Notes: generated by a model from the letters alone, not told the origin. Shown: positions 1 to 13,601, numbered from the stretch's first letter. The stretch is 64,000 bases of DNA from Dimorphilus gyrociliatus (GCA_904063045.1 CAJFCJ010000020.1:1108916-1172915); one strand, 5' to 3'. Translations and numbers: made by a program.

Positions 1-665
1 TGCGGTAGGGTTGAAATGATTCAAATTTACTCTATAAGAAAGTAAAGCACTTGTATATAGAAGAACACAATAAGTCTTAGAATCAGTATTTATAAAGATT
101 TTAATAATGATAGGGGAAAAACGTAATTCTCTAGAATTCATTATACGTTATTTATAACTAGTATCAAAGAACGTTTAAAAGCTCCGAAACGTGTAACATA
201 AATCTATTATCGAACACACCCATATTAGGCATAAATACTCACCCAATGCTTTTTATCGGTATCCTCTTTCGCGTGCCAACGCCGAGTTAAAAAAGGAAAT
301 TTCTCACTAATAATCTCACCATCAAAAAAAGTAGTTAAATTTGGAAATTCATCTGTTAAGCCTTTGATTTTCAAATAGCCACATACGTAATTTTGCTCTA
401 AATCTACATACTGCAATTATATAAATAGGATTAAAATAACAATTTACAATTGTACGACAGTGATCTAGATATAGTTGAATTAATGGATACAAGAGTTGAA
501 TACGAAAGAAGATCAAACCTGGATTGTAACTTCAACTTCGTACGTCGATCCTTTAGACGTCTGTGCACCGGAAAATTTTGCACCCGAATATAATCTCGTC
601 GTTTGAACCCCCGGTTGCTTAGAGTTTGCCGGTAGTGGGGGAGTAATATTTAACAAACCAGGCAT
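1..665 (-). CDS. GID4: GID4, substrate receptor of the GID/CTLH E3 ligase (3' end runs off the window)
   Basis: Exons 519-665 ([20 protein letters not shown]...[25 protein letters not shown]), 243-410 ([34 protein letters not shown]...KHW) and 1-31 (SKFESF). GT-AG introns, phases consistent. Motifs match the GID4/Vid24 family. Confidence 0.92.
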
Positions 666-741
666 AGTTTAGAAGTAAATTGACAATTCGAGTGCTATTC
701 GCCAGAACAAGACATAAAGCGTTCTGTTTCCGAATAGGCAT

Positions 742-751
742 TGCGCATGCG
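742..751. promoter_or_regulatory. NRF1-like palindromic element TGCGCATGCG upstream of GID4
   Basis: 10-nt match to the NRF1 consensus about 80 nt upstream of the GID4 ATG. Function inferred only. Confidence 0.35.
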
Positions 752-965
752 TAGTATAACAAAGTTGCATTCTGGGTAAAAGTTGAGAAATTTAAGTACT
801 AACCAAACGCCTTAGCAGTTTAATTTTTCAATTAAAGTATTAACGAATTTTACAATGAAAATAGAAGCTATAGATAAGGACACTTTCTAATTCATAATTT
901 CAAGTATTCATTCATTTATTTCGCTAAGATAGTGTAAATTTATTCAGATTCATATAAATATAAAT

Positions 966-2263
966 TTAAGTCATTCTATTTATCCTTTTCGAATTGGAAG
1001 TTTCACTATTAGTAGTTAAATAGACAAACAAAGCTGCTGCAGCCAATTTTGCTTCACTTGTATATGTTTCAACATTATGAAACCATTCGACATTCCCCCA
1101 CTTTTGTGTCTAATTACAAAGTAAAATTAAAATAATTAGTATCTTTTAAAAGAAATGAAAAATTAAATTTATTATAGAAAAACTGTTATAAATGATACCA
1201 TCTTGCGTTAAAAAATATAAAATTATCTACCTGATAATCCTGTTCTAATCTAGATAAACTGACTGCTGTTTCCACGCTTATTTTTTTATCCACTAAAGAA
1301 AGTGCTAAAATAAAAGACTTCAACGTCTCAATCACTTGTTGAAATCCTGCGGAAAAGATAATAAAAATAAACGTCTTATAATTATAACATCCTATGCTAT
1401 TTCTTTAATTATTAACCGAATAAAGCCAATTCATTATAAGAATTAAGGTGTTGAGTGAATATTTGTTTCGTTTCCTTTGAGATGTTCAACATACCAATAC
1501 CATATGTCAAACCAATGTCAACATTATATCTAGAAAAATCAGTAGCCTTTTTTATATTGTATCGGAAAAAAGGATTTTTTGCACAAGTTTACCTTTCATT
1601 TGCCCATTCTATTATAGGATTCCATTTTTCGTTTTGAAGTTTAACTAAATCTTCCGGTTCTTTCATTCTGTAGCTAAGGAATTGGTTCAGTTGATATTTA
1701 ATATTTAAAGAAATAAGCGAAAGCTAACCATATCGTATCAGTATCCAAAAACTCTAACATCCCATTGATCGTTGTCACTTTATCCCGATGAGTTGGATTA
1801 TCAATTGATATATTGCAGAGAGATGTCTATTTTTTAGAAAGAAAAATATTGCCCTGTGAATATCCTTTTCTATAAATATCAAAATATACTTAATATATGC
1901 ATATTGTATTTTTTGATAACATCTTCTTGTGATTCCCATTCATTAAGGACCGCCAAGGCTAAAGCTTCCGTTGGTACAATGAATAAATTTCCTCCAGGTG
2001 TTTTTAATTTCCTTTGATCTAAGTTTATTTCATATCCATTAGATCCCTGGGTAACTGTAACATTCTTGTAGAAGCGTTTGATATCTGTAGTAAATAAGTG
2101 GTAACTTCTTATAATATCGCTCAAAATGTAATTTTAAAAGCTAATTAAATTTAATTTGTAAATTCTTTTTAACTATTAAACCTTTTGTTGAGTAATTTCT
2201 CAGAAATGTTCTTTTAGCACATTGACCAGAAGTTGACAAGCGGGAAATTAGCTTTGTAAACAT
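966..2263 (-). CDS. ATPAF2: ATP synthase F1 assembly factor 2 (ATP12 family), 6 exons
   Basis: Transit-peptide-like exon 2182-2263. Then KRFYKNV...LDQRKLKTP...LALAVLNEW, FLDTDTICYR...LQNEKWNPIIEW, LSRLEQDYQ, QKWG...LAAAALFV; stop at 966-968. One intron has a non-GT donor and the last exon has a compensated frameshift (see findings). Confidence 0.9.
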
Positions 2264-2649
2264 CACGCGGTATTTTACTGAGTGATATTACAAAAAGACA
2301 CCATATTATTCCGCCAATTTAACGGAACATTTTTCTACCCTAAAATTGCGTATCAACACCAGCAAGTACGTCGAAAAAGCGGCTAAGTCGGTAAGCGTAT
2401 AATTATTATATTGTGTAGTAATGATGGGAGATCTGCAACGTAAATACTAATGCGAGCAATCCGTTCTCGGGAAACTTATTTGATGGAATCGGCTTTCGTT
2501 ACGTCTCCATGTTGATCTTCCTGTAATTTTGTTTTTCGATTTGAACGTATTTATTGATAATTTTTTCTGTAAATATCTTGTTCGACTCGTACTGATGAAA
2601 CCCCTTTATATAACATTAATTTACTCATGTTTTTGCAGTTTTCGACCAG

Positions 2650-5600
2650 ATGAAGGATTTTGTAGAAATCGACAGTTTCGATGTAAAGGTGAAATTTTAT
2701 GATCGCGATATACAAAGTCGCGGGAAAAAAGAAGATGGAAAGATTCGATTATGTGCTGTTTCCTGCGATAGTTTTGCCTTCTTTATCGAAAAGAAGGAAT
2801 CAGGACATATGGAAATCGTTTTGGTGAGTATTTAGTTTGTAACATAAATTAATTTATGAGAAAATCCTATAAAAATTTAGGTATTGAGAAATTTTTGTCA
2901 CGCCTCAAACCTACCAGAAGGCAATATAATATTAAAATAGCTAAAAATGGTTTTAAAATCTTAACTCGATTCCCAGTTAATATAACATATTAAAACATAA
3001 TGAAATATATCTAGGATTATATATATTTATATATACTGTATTTGGTGAAATTGAAAAAGAATTATTCCTTTACCAGTTTTATCAATTTACTTTGAAATAT
3101 TTCCTATTTTTAAAAGCATTTTTCTCTTATTTTTTTTTCATTGCATTTTTATTGTTAAAATTCTGTTCAGTATTTTATCTCTTTACCAACGGATTATATA
3201 CTTTTACCCAATATTATTTACTTTTAAATATTTGTTTAATGTTCGCTTTCTTCAGTTGGATGGAAAAGATAAATGGAAACTTAAATACATAAAGACAACA
3301 AGATCTTTAGAATTATTGAAACAACCAAAAAAAATTCATGTACAATTGCCAGTAACATTCAAAGTTGGTGCATTTGATAGGATGTGTCAAACGGCGGAGA
3401 AATTGTTGGAAAAAATGTCTTGGAAACACATTGAGTACTTAAAACAAAGTTCTTCTGAAATTGAAGGATTGCCAAAGTCTTTTAAACTTAGCGATTGCAA
3501 TAAAGAAAATATTGGGTAAAATTGATTACTTTATATTATGTAATAGATTCTTTACCGCCTTTATTAATTCTAGATTAAACAAGAGAGTCTTGAATGATTC
3601 GAAATCTGGATCTGATGTAGAGTCAAGCATTTTAGACGAACCAAAGAGATTGAAAAGAGAAACTACTCCTGAAAAAATTCTGTCTAATTCCTCATCAGAT
3701 AGGTAAATTATTCAAAAAAGTTGTTATTGAAAAATTCGTAAGAGAGATCATTTATTAGTTCAAACAAGATCCGAAAGGATTTCGAAAAAAATTCTGAGGA
3801 TGAACAACAAACCACCATCAGTACACCTCCTATTAAAACTCTGTGAGAATTTAATTTGAATTTGTTATCATTTTTTTTCATTTGTTTAATTATTTTTAAC
3901 TGATAGACAACAACAGAAAACTCCTAATCAAAGTGAAATATCACCTCGAAATTTTTATTCCAATATAACTGTTAGCTCTGTAAAATGTACACCCCCAAGA
4001 AGTATTTCTACGTCATGTCGAATATCGAGGAAACCAGCTATTCTTACAAATGGTCTGCGGAACTCTTGTCCTCAAACTTCGAAACCTTCAACGTCTTCCG
4101 TACTCTCAGCGCCAATCAGCCATGCAACTGTTAAAGAGATAAATAACTGTGGAAGTGTTAATTTCGATAACAGTGAGGAAATAACGGGTAATAAATATTC
4201 ATATAACGCCTCTTCAAAATGGAATATATTCTAAACGATAATTGTTTACAGGGTTGCGTAATATTGGAAATTCGTGTTACATGAATGTAATTCTTCAAAG
4301 CCTTTTTAATGTTGAATGTTTTCGGAATGAATTTTTAGCCAACTATGATCAATTTCTTAAAGACAAAGATGTTAAACAAGGCTGCTTGCTTCTCTCAGTA
4401 TGCCATCTCTTTAGCGTCATGAAGCTAAGGAGAGTAGAGAGGCGTCATTTAGAATCTGTGAAAGAGGCTTTTGTTAAGAAAGCGGAAACATTTGCTGGAA
4501 CTCAACAGCATGATGCTCAGGAATTTTTAACATTTTTCTTAGATATTTTAAGAGAAGAATTATTGGCTATCAACAAGGAAAAATCTTTTGAACAATATAA
4601 AAATTCAGTCCTAATCAACTTTGAAACAGTTACAACCGAAAACATAAGATGCAATAAATGTGGAAATCTAGTAACTAAACAGGAATCAAATATGCAGATG
4701 AGTCTCCTCATGCCTGATAGACCTAGCCTCGTTTCAGCTCTAAAACAATTTATGAGCGAGGAAGAAGTTGAGTATACTTGCGAGAAATGCGAAAATAAAA
4801 GTGGTGTTCTTTCTCATAAATTTTATAGACTACCACGAGTCTTGATTCTACATTTGAAACGATACAATAAATTGGAGAAGAAAGGATCCGCTGTTATGAT
4901 ACCAAGGTACCTAAATCTATCAAATTATTGCGATGAAACAACAATTTCACCCTCTTTGTCTTCGGATATTTCTCCGAGTGATAACTTTCTGAGAGATGTC
5001 ATTGAGGAATTCGAAAGGAACTTGGAAAATAACAGAGAAACTGAATTAAACAATTTTCCTGATTCTCCTGGTGGTGATATGAATGGAACTAGATTAAGAT
5101 TCAAAAATCGTTTCCAGAGTACTAAAAAGAAACCTGCCGATACCTTACTATCGGATTCTTCAAGTTATTTTGCTAAAGATGTGAAAAGGTTCAAGCCCAG
5201 TAATGGAGAAGAGTTCTCAAATGGTTTGATGGATAATGTTAATGCAAACAAGTATGATGATGGTGAAGCTGATTTATTTGATAGTCAAGACGTTGGTAAA
5301 AAAGGTCCTTATAAAAAATTAGATTTTAGCTGCGATGAGGACAGAAGGGACGATTTATTAGATGAAAGCGTTAGGCACGAAAGAGCATCTCCCAATAGCT
5401 TTTTACATGATGGCCCTGTGTACAGCGGAACTTCTATGAATTCAACCGTGGAACCGACTTCATCATCGTCAGTGAAGTGTGGATCTGAGGAAAATCAAGA
5501 AATTCCCAATTTCCCGGTTAATGATAGACTTGGTACATCTCCGAATGGTCTTTTGGGAGGTAATTCTGAAAATAACTCGCTGGAAAGGAGAAAGGAAATA

Positions 5601-6137
5601 TTTTCATTACAACAAGATGACAGTTCTACTAACTCTTGTGGATTGCTAGGTGGTAGTCCTGCGGTTAAACAATCTGAGGCAGATGTACAAAGTCAGGCCA
5701 CAATCGAAGAATGTGAACTAGACGAAAACGATGAAGAGTTACAAAAAGCTATTCAACAGAGTAAACTCCAGTTTGAAGAGGAAAGGAGAAGTAAAATGCA
5801 GGAAGAGGAGGAACAACTACAGGAAGCTCTAGAAAAGAGCCTCTATGAAGCTGAGGCTGAACGACAGAGAAAATTAGAGCAACTAGAGAGCATAACAGAT
5901 GATGAAGATTATGATGACGAAACACAACCTGGATTTTCTTATCGGCTCGTCTCCATAATTTCCCATTCTGGTAGTGCGCATGGTGGGCACTATACTTGCA
6001 GTGTATTACGATCATCGGACGGTAAATGGTATCGATGTAACGATAACGAAGTTACGAGTCTCTACAATCAGGACGAAAAGTCACTGCTAAACGAGTGTCA
6101 AACTTACGGCTATATTTTCTTTTATGTAAATAAGTGA
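2650..6137 (+). CDS. USP37: USP37-like ubiquitin carboxyl-terminal hydrolase (peptidase C19) with N-terminal extension and UIM-bearing insertion
   Basis: Cys box GLRNIGNSCYMN, QHDAQEF, LILHLKRY, His box HSGSAHGGHY, WYRCND. Long insertion in the catalytic domain with two UIM-like helices (DEELQKAIQQS, EEQLQEALEKS). Five upstream exons from ATG 2650 join in phase by GT-AG introns. Confidence 0.8.
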
Positions 6138-7104
6138 GTATTTCTTCCCGACAATTCTATTATAATATCCTCATCTCCGCCTAATATTCTTCTTTTCTAT
6201 TCAGACATGTTCTAAATGAAATTAACTATAAATCACCGGCTAAGTTTCATAAAAGGAAAACTTGAGAAATCATCAAGTTTATTATTTTGGTGCTGCTCAT
6301 TGATGAAATGTAAAAGAATAAAAAACTTGGTGAATGAGGGAATTGAATGGCTTGCTTCGTACACCATCATTTGCATTTTAGTTCCAATATTTAAAATTTA
6401 TGTAAATATAGAATCATATTTACTTTTCGTGATTATGAGAGGACTGTTTTTTTTTCATCTAACTTATTGCATAAACTGAGAGAATTCTTGAATCAATTTT
6501 ATCTATAAAGAAAAGGAAAAAGTTTAATTTGTTTCTTTACATTTTTACATTTCATATATGTATAAAAGATAAAATACCATCTGACTTCAATAAAGCGAAG
6601 CGTTATTGATTGTATAATTTTATTCATATTTTCTGTTTTATATCTAAAAATTCACACGATTTCATCATTTAATTTTCGAAATTTTATTTTCCATTAAACT
6701 GATGTAGATGATAATATAATTGATATTGTCTTATTTTAATTGAATACTGCATGACATGTTTGAAGGAAGAATTTCTACGAACAAATAAAAGGTACAAATG
6801 TGACAATTTTAAAAAGTACAATTTCTAAGGTATGGGATGGGGCTCCTGGTCCACTCAGGGACTAGCTATTTGAAAGTTGAAGAAAAATGTTTAGAAAAAA
6901 AGTGCGGAACTATTTTTAATAGTTGCGGTCCTGTATTAAGTGCAACCGGCCTCACTGCATACCCGTAAAACTCTTTCGTTTCCGTTTCCATTTATAAATT
7001 ACTTGGATTAACATTTCATTCTTAAAAGTAATTAGGAAAAAGATCAGTCTGTTAGTATAATTTAAATTCCAGTAAGCTTGGATTATTTGATTCCAACATA
7101 GACA

Positions 7105-9167
7105 ATGGAAAAAACGAAATCTGCCTCTAAGGACGTCGAAATGAAAGATGTCGAAAAGACGGAAAAAGTGGAAGAAACAAAGGATCCAGACTTGTTAACG
7201 TTAGAAGGTAGTGTATTTCTTATATTATAAGCAGCCAGAATCAAAATTTTAAATATTTTATTTGCTGAATCACCCAGCGAATTATAGGATCGCGACGAAA
7301 TTCAACATGACATATCAACTATACTTTGTTTATGTCATGAAAATTAAGTAATTTACAAACAGAAAATATCTAAATCATTGAAAATAATATTTCAGATTTG
7401 CCGTTTATCTTAAGTAAATTTGATCAGACCTCAATTTACATGCATGATAGCTTACATTAAAAAGTTTTTTCCTTTTGTACATTAGATATAAGAGATCAAA
7501 TAAGAAACATCGACAAAGCAGCACATACTAAAGAAAGAAGATTTGCGGCTAGGAGTTTAAGAGCTTTACCCTCATTAAGAAGACGGGTAAACCCTGGAGT
7601 TCTTAAACAAGCTATTACAAATTTTTGCCAATCATCTTCTAAGGAAACAATTATAAGTTATATCCCTGAGAGTGATAAAGGCACTGAAAGATTTGACAAG
7701 GTGTCCACCCCTCAAAATTTAGCATTTGAATGCGAAATTTACTTGCACATGCTGTTATGCATGTATTTACTTGATGAATTCAACAAGAAGAAAGTAGAAA
7801 AAACCATATTATTACGGTGTGGTAAAGACTTGTTGGACAAGATAACAAGTCATTCGGTTCTCGATTCATTGTCCGCCAGAGCCTTCTTTTACTCTGCAAG
7901 AAGTATGGAAGCTTGTAAAGAGCCAGAGGAACCATTACGGCCCACTCTTCATGCTGCTTTGAGGACTTCAACACTTAAGGGACATGCTGAAACAGAAGCT
8001 ACACTGCTAGTTCTACTTCTAAGATCCTACGTGGAAGCGAAATTGTATACCCAAGCAGATAAATTGGTATCGAAAACTACTATGCCTGAAAATGCATCAT
8101 CCAACCAACACGCTAGGTGTGAATTAACTACTAGTTTAACTTGATGTAGAATGAATGACTATCTATTTTATTTTTCAGATATCTTTATTACGTTGCGAAA
8201 CTGCGCGCAATCCAACTTGATTATAGTTCAGCTTACAAACATCTTGTTGCTGCTTCTCGAAAAGCTCCGTCAATTGGTGCTCTAGGATTTCGTCAACATG
8301 TAGCTAGATTGACTGTAGTTGTCCAACTACTTTTGGGTGACATACCAGAGCGTGCAGCCTTTAGGGCATCGGGTATGAGACATACATTGGAGCCCTACTT
8401 GGAGTTAACAAGAGCTGTAAGGGCTGGAAGGTTAGATGCTTTTGGAGACTGCCTAAAGAAACACGAGAAACTTTTTGAGGAGCACGCTACTTACACTTTA
8501 ATTGGTAATTTTTGCCTTTCTTTAATTCCTAGTCGACTGTTAACATTGAAATTAATTTCAGTGAGGATCAGACACAATGTAATTAAAGCAGGAGTCAGAA
8601 GAATTGCAAGTGCTTACTCAAGAATTAGTTTGGTTGATGTAGCTACAAAATTGGGCTTAGACTCTCCTGAGGACGCTGAATACATTGTGTCTAAAGCGAT
8701 CCGCGACAAGGTACTGGATCCAACATCGACTAGTGTTGACCACGAATTTGGAACTTTGGATGCGCGACATCCGGCTGATGTATATATAACAATGGAGCCA
8801 ACTTACGCTTTTGATACGCGACTGTCGTACTGTCTGAAATTACAGAGGCAATGCGTAAAGGCTCTAAGGTTTGTAAAAATCTGAGTTATACGAGTTAGTT
8901 TTGTTTTTCAATATTCTTAAAATATTTTTTTGCCAATAACAACTAGTCTCTTTCTACTGTTATTCCACCTTTTTGTGCTTTAAAGATTGTAAAGCTTGAC
9001 AATTGTAAAAAAAAGATAGTTCTCTTATTTAAAAATTGATCTTTTTTAGGTATCCGCCAAAATCATATCAGCGCAATTTGGAAACTCCTGAACAAAGACG
9101 GGAAAGAGAGCAACACGAAATTGACGCTGCGGCCGATATGCCTGATGATGACTTTGATGGATTTTAA
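7105..9167 (+). CDS. PSMD3: 26S proteasome regulatory subunit Rpn3, 5 exons
   Basis: LLLRSYVEAKLYTQADKLVSK, QLLLGDIPER, IRHNVIKAGVRRIASAYSRISL, LGLDSPEDAEYIVSKAIRD (PCI domain), C-terminal RYPPKSY...EQRREREQ. All introns GT-AG and in phase. Confidence 0.95.
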
Positions 9168-9417
9168 ATTAATTCTTGTTAGATACTATTCAAATGCTTG
9201 TGTAAAACATATAATAAAAAATATGTTGTTTTTTTCATTAAACAATTTAAATGGCTTATTCTTTTTCTATATTGTTCTATTTTTTACAATATTCACTTTC
9301 ATAATATTAGAGAATTTACTATTTTTAAAAGAAATTAAATTTCCACATCATGAAACTTTAAAAATCAAAATTCATTAATTTTTTAAAAAAATATCAGACA
9401 ATAAGAAAAACCATTTT

Positions 9418-12400
9418 ATGACAACTCAAACTAATGAGATACAAGAACAGAATGACGTCACTATATTTCATAAGTACGACGGATTATCTAGAAAAGATAA
9501 AAAATTGAAAAAATTACAAGAAGAATTAGGTATTCGCAGTCCTGATTATAAACCTCGCCAATTGCCTACCTTAACCAGAAGAACATTTAAAAACAAAGGA
9601 AATTCCGGGATTGACAATACTATAGACGATGGAAAAACTAGTGGTTATTCTATTCAACACTCTAAGATAGATAAGATGACAGATATAGATCATTTAAAGA
9701 AAACTAATAATTGCAGTGAGCTCAAAAATCATTGTGAAGAGAAAATGCTCCCTATATCGCCCGTAGAAAACGATTTGATAAAAGGTATGACATTTCTTGC
9801 TCTTACGGTTTTATCAATTATTTAACCATAACAGAGGAATGTCAGCCAAAGTATGAAAAGACCGACGTTCAAGTGAATAATCCACTTCTTTTAGAAGATA
9901 ATATCTTGAAGAGTTATCATGAGACAAACTCCAAACCATACTCTCAATTTACAAAGAAAAGGCGAACTTTAGATTTCGATAGAAGTAACCAAAAGCATAT
10001 TCCCAACTTTAGAATTATTAAAAATACAATAGAAGATAGACTTAAATCTAAAAGAATCTCAGATTTTCGGGGACCATCAACGTTTTCGGATTATAATAGA
10101 TTTCCTACGGAAGAAAGTCTATTAATAGATAACTACGCAAAAAAGTATGCCGTCACCAACTTATCCAGAGATAACTTTAATATTTCAAATACAAAGAAGA
10201 AAGTACAAACACATAATTAATATGCATTTGAATCTAATTAACATAATTAAAATATTAAATATTTTTTACAACAAATTATAGAATCATCAATTCAATTCCA
10301 AGGAGCATTTAGAATATTTGACATATTCTGAAAATAGACCGACATACAAAAATCTAAATAGGCCTGACGTCACTCCAATATCTCTTATTACAAATCAATT
10401 AAAAGGATTATTGAGTTCTTCCGATTCGCTTCAGAATCTATTAAATGATACTCCTATTTCTAAGAGTTGTCTGTATCAGAAATTTGACAAATTTAGGCCT
10501 AGTATGTCGAGATTCTCTTTAAATAGAAAAAGCAACTCTATTTCTAATGAACATTTAATGAGTCATGGGAGAAAGCATGAGCTCAACGATAAATCTCAGA
10601 ATCGATTAATTAACAAGATTAATGAGATTGACGAAGGAAAGTTCCTCGACAAGAAAATTGGTGATTTTCCACTTAATAAAGATCCATTTTCCTTCGAAGC
10701 TGATAATCATAAAAACTTTCAAATGAATAATTTCCTCGGAAAGGAAATTTATCTATCAGAAACAGGAGAATCTCTATTAGATGAAAGTTTAAATCGTATT
10801 ATATCGGATGATAAAAGTAGGGAAGGAAATGAACATTTAAGCAAGATGAACAATTGCAAAGATAATGAAGATACCATAAAATTGAAGTCAATCATTTCTC
10901 AACCAACTGTTGAAAATCTTCATGAGAAGAGAAGTAATTTCATATGGAAATTAATAAGACAAACAGATTGGTATAATAAATCATCCATTGGCTCATTTAA
11001 CACTAGGAAACAGTATTCGGAAATTCCAATTCCAAAGATATTATCAAAGGACGAAGCAGTCATGAAGAGATTAGTAAGCGCCTATGAGAAATGCAACGAT
11101 AATTATAAGATTGATCATATTGACTCTATCCTAAAAGAATTTCGCTTCTTAGATAATGAAGATTTAATTCTGGTTGATGATGAGGAGAAAGGTGTAAGAG
11201 TAATATCAAAAGGACAAAAGAGTATTTACGTAGCTTCATATTTAAAGAATTACTTATGTAAAGTACCGAATGATAGGGAAATCAGGACAAATAAGATAAT
11301 TCATTTAAATTTTTCAAATGAGAGAGGAGAAGCTGCAGTAGTATTGAAATTATTTAGGAAAGACGATAAAGATAACAGCTTAAGTAGGATTATCCAAGAA
11401 TCAATAATATTAAACTACTTAAATACTAATAATTCATCAATTTGTCCAATTTTAGTTGGACTAGTAATACTATCTTTAAATCCATTCTATTATGAAATAG
11501 GAATTGTTAGTCATCTTATTGGAGATCCTCTTAATTTTGAAGTTATTTCCCTAGATCGAATTATTCTATTGGATTATGAAAAAAGATCGAAAAAGTCAAA
11601 TGATAATCTTACTGATCAACAATGGATTGAAATCTTAATAACTCTAGCTGAAATATTTAAAAATTTACACAACTCCTATACCATAATTAATAAAATAGAA
11701 CTAAAAAATATAGTATTAAGGCCTATTGATCAATATTCCAGTAGTTGGACTATTCCGAAACTCACCTGTTTCCAACATGCGACTATACATTCTAAGGTTC
11801 AAGAATTTACTGGTATCAATACACTTTTTGATGATAATATGGAGGAATTCTTTAGAGTTGATGTTCAACTACTATGCAATATTATTGAACAAATCAATTT
11901 TACATTAAATTTAGGGTTAGATAATCTAGGGGGAAGGCAACTATCATCATCTGAAATACATCAGTATTTATTTAATCATTTAAATACTAAAAATCATTAC
12001 TTTAATGGAAGATTGTTAAAAAATGTTGAAGATTATCAATCCACGAGAAATATCATTGATAGTCAAGATGACAAATGTAGAAAATCCACTAATGAGGAGT
12101 TGGACAAGGAAGAGATAAAGCAGGATTTAAAAAATAAGAAGAGGGTCTCCTTGGATATTAATCTATTAAGAGAGGAGAAAAACGATGAAATTAGGGGAAA
12201 ATCTTCATTATTTTCCAATACAGGAAAGATGAAGACAAATAAGCATTCTCATCTAAACGGAAAGGTTGAAAAAATAGGAGAGAAAAATTCCAGTGACGAT
12301 GACAATGATGATGATGATGATGATCATTTAAGCGATAGGGTTTGTATAGAAAATTTTTTACTTATCCAATCATTTAAGCAAATGAAAACACAGCCAAAAG

Positions 12401-12675
12401 AAACTATTGTAAGAATAAGAAAAAGAGATGGCAATCATCATCTTTGGTTGGCGAAACTAATCAAATCTTTGAAAAGCTATTGTTCTATCCAAATTAAAAA
12501 TCCTAGAATGAAAACTATTAATAAATTTGTAAAGAATCAGCCGAAAAGGATTATTAAGAAATCTAAGGAGAACAATCGTTCGAGTAGATGTTCATCGGTG
12601 AATATGGATTTGACTGACGGCGGTGATAATTCAAATATCAATGTTAAATTGATGGATAGTATTAAAACAATATAG
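9418..12675 (+). CDS. Orphan N/K/S-rich protein with a degenerate protein-kinase-like (pseudokinase) domain
   Basis: Three ORF blocks join in phase (donors near 9784 and 10203). A 785-codon open frame in AT-rich DNA. Kinase-like motifs in order: VVLK, IQES, HNSYTIINKIELKNIV, PKLTCF, DVQLL. Confidence 0.65.
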
Positions 12676-12695
12676 ATAAAGATAAGTTCAATTAA

Positions 12696-13601
12696 CTAAA
12701 TATTATCATCGAATTCATCATTATCGGAAGTTCTTTCATCTAGATATCTTTCCTGTATCATACCGTACAAATCGTCTTGCCATTCAGCTTTTACTGCGCA
12801 AGACAACATAGTCTGAATATTTGATTCCTCTTCAGCTCCGAAAATATAGCCGTTCGCTTTATCAACTCCTCTAACTACTCTGAGGCAGCTCTCTTTCATC
12901 GTTACATCAAGAGGTATAAAGGATACTAGACTGTAGTCTTCTACTATACCCGCGAGAACTTTATTTAATTTATTATATTTCTTAAAACTTTCGGCTTCTT
13001 CCGCTTGTTCCAATAAGTAAGAGAGATCTAGGACATCGGCGTAGAAATCTAGTCTAAATGACAAGTTAGCCTTCTTCGCTAAGTCTGCTTTACTTAATAC
13101 ATTGATGTGGGGTAATTCAAAATGTAGCATTGATGATAGAGACATGCATAAGGCTGAAATGAACTTTCCTGGTTCTGAACAATGATGAGAGTCTATAAGA
13201 TTAACTGCGGCCAATCGAATATTCTTTGACAGAAGAGTAATTACATTTTTTATGGCTGGTAAATGAGTATAGAGTTCCACTTGACCAGGACAATCAAATA
13301 TCAGATATTTATCTTTTAATTCTTCAATTTTATTTAAAAGCCACTTTGAGTTTTTATCAAGATACTCCATACAATATAGAAGACCACCATTTGGTCCAAG
13401 TTTTAATCGTTCCATCACCTCTTCAAGTTTTATCAGTTCATTTATGTTGACAGAACATGTGTAAGGCAACAACTCATTTGCCGGGTCCAAATTTACAATG
13501 GCTACCTTCCTACCAAGAGCCTCAAGAAGATCAAATATAGCCTTACAATACGTTGTTTTCCCACTGCCAGGTGGACCGATGATCACTTGCCCAAAAATCA
13601 T
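12696..13601 (-). CDS. GPN2: GPN-loop GTPase 2, intronless
   Basis: MIFGQVIIGPPGSGKTTYC, NLDPANE, LGPNGGL (GPN loop), DCPGQVELYTH, PHINVLSKAD. The start at ATG 13601 is preferred over the ORF-track start. Confidence 0.93.
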   Translation of the reverse strand: MIFGQVIIGPPGSGKTTYCKAIFDLLEALGRKVAIVNLDPANELLPYTCSVNINELIKLEEVMERLKLGPNGGLLYCMEYLDKNSKWLLNKIEELKDKYLIFDCPGQVELYTHLPAIKNVITLLSKNIRLAAVNLIDSHHCSEPGKFISALCMSLSSMLHFELPHINVLSKADLAKKANLSFRLDFYADVLDLSYLLEQAEEAESFKKYNKLNKVLAGIVEDYSLVSFIPLDVTMKESCLRVVRGVDKANGYIFGAEEESNIQTMLSCAVKAEWQDDLYGMIQERYLDERTSDNDEFDDNI

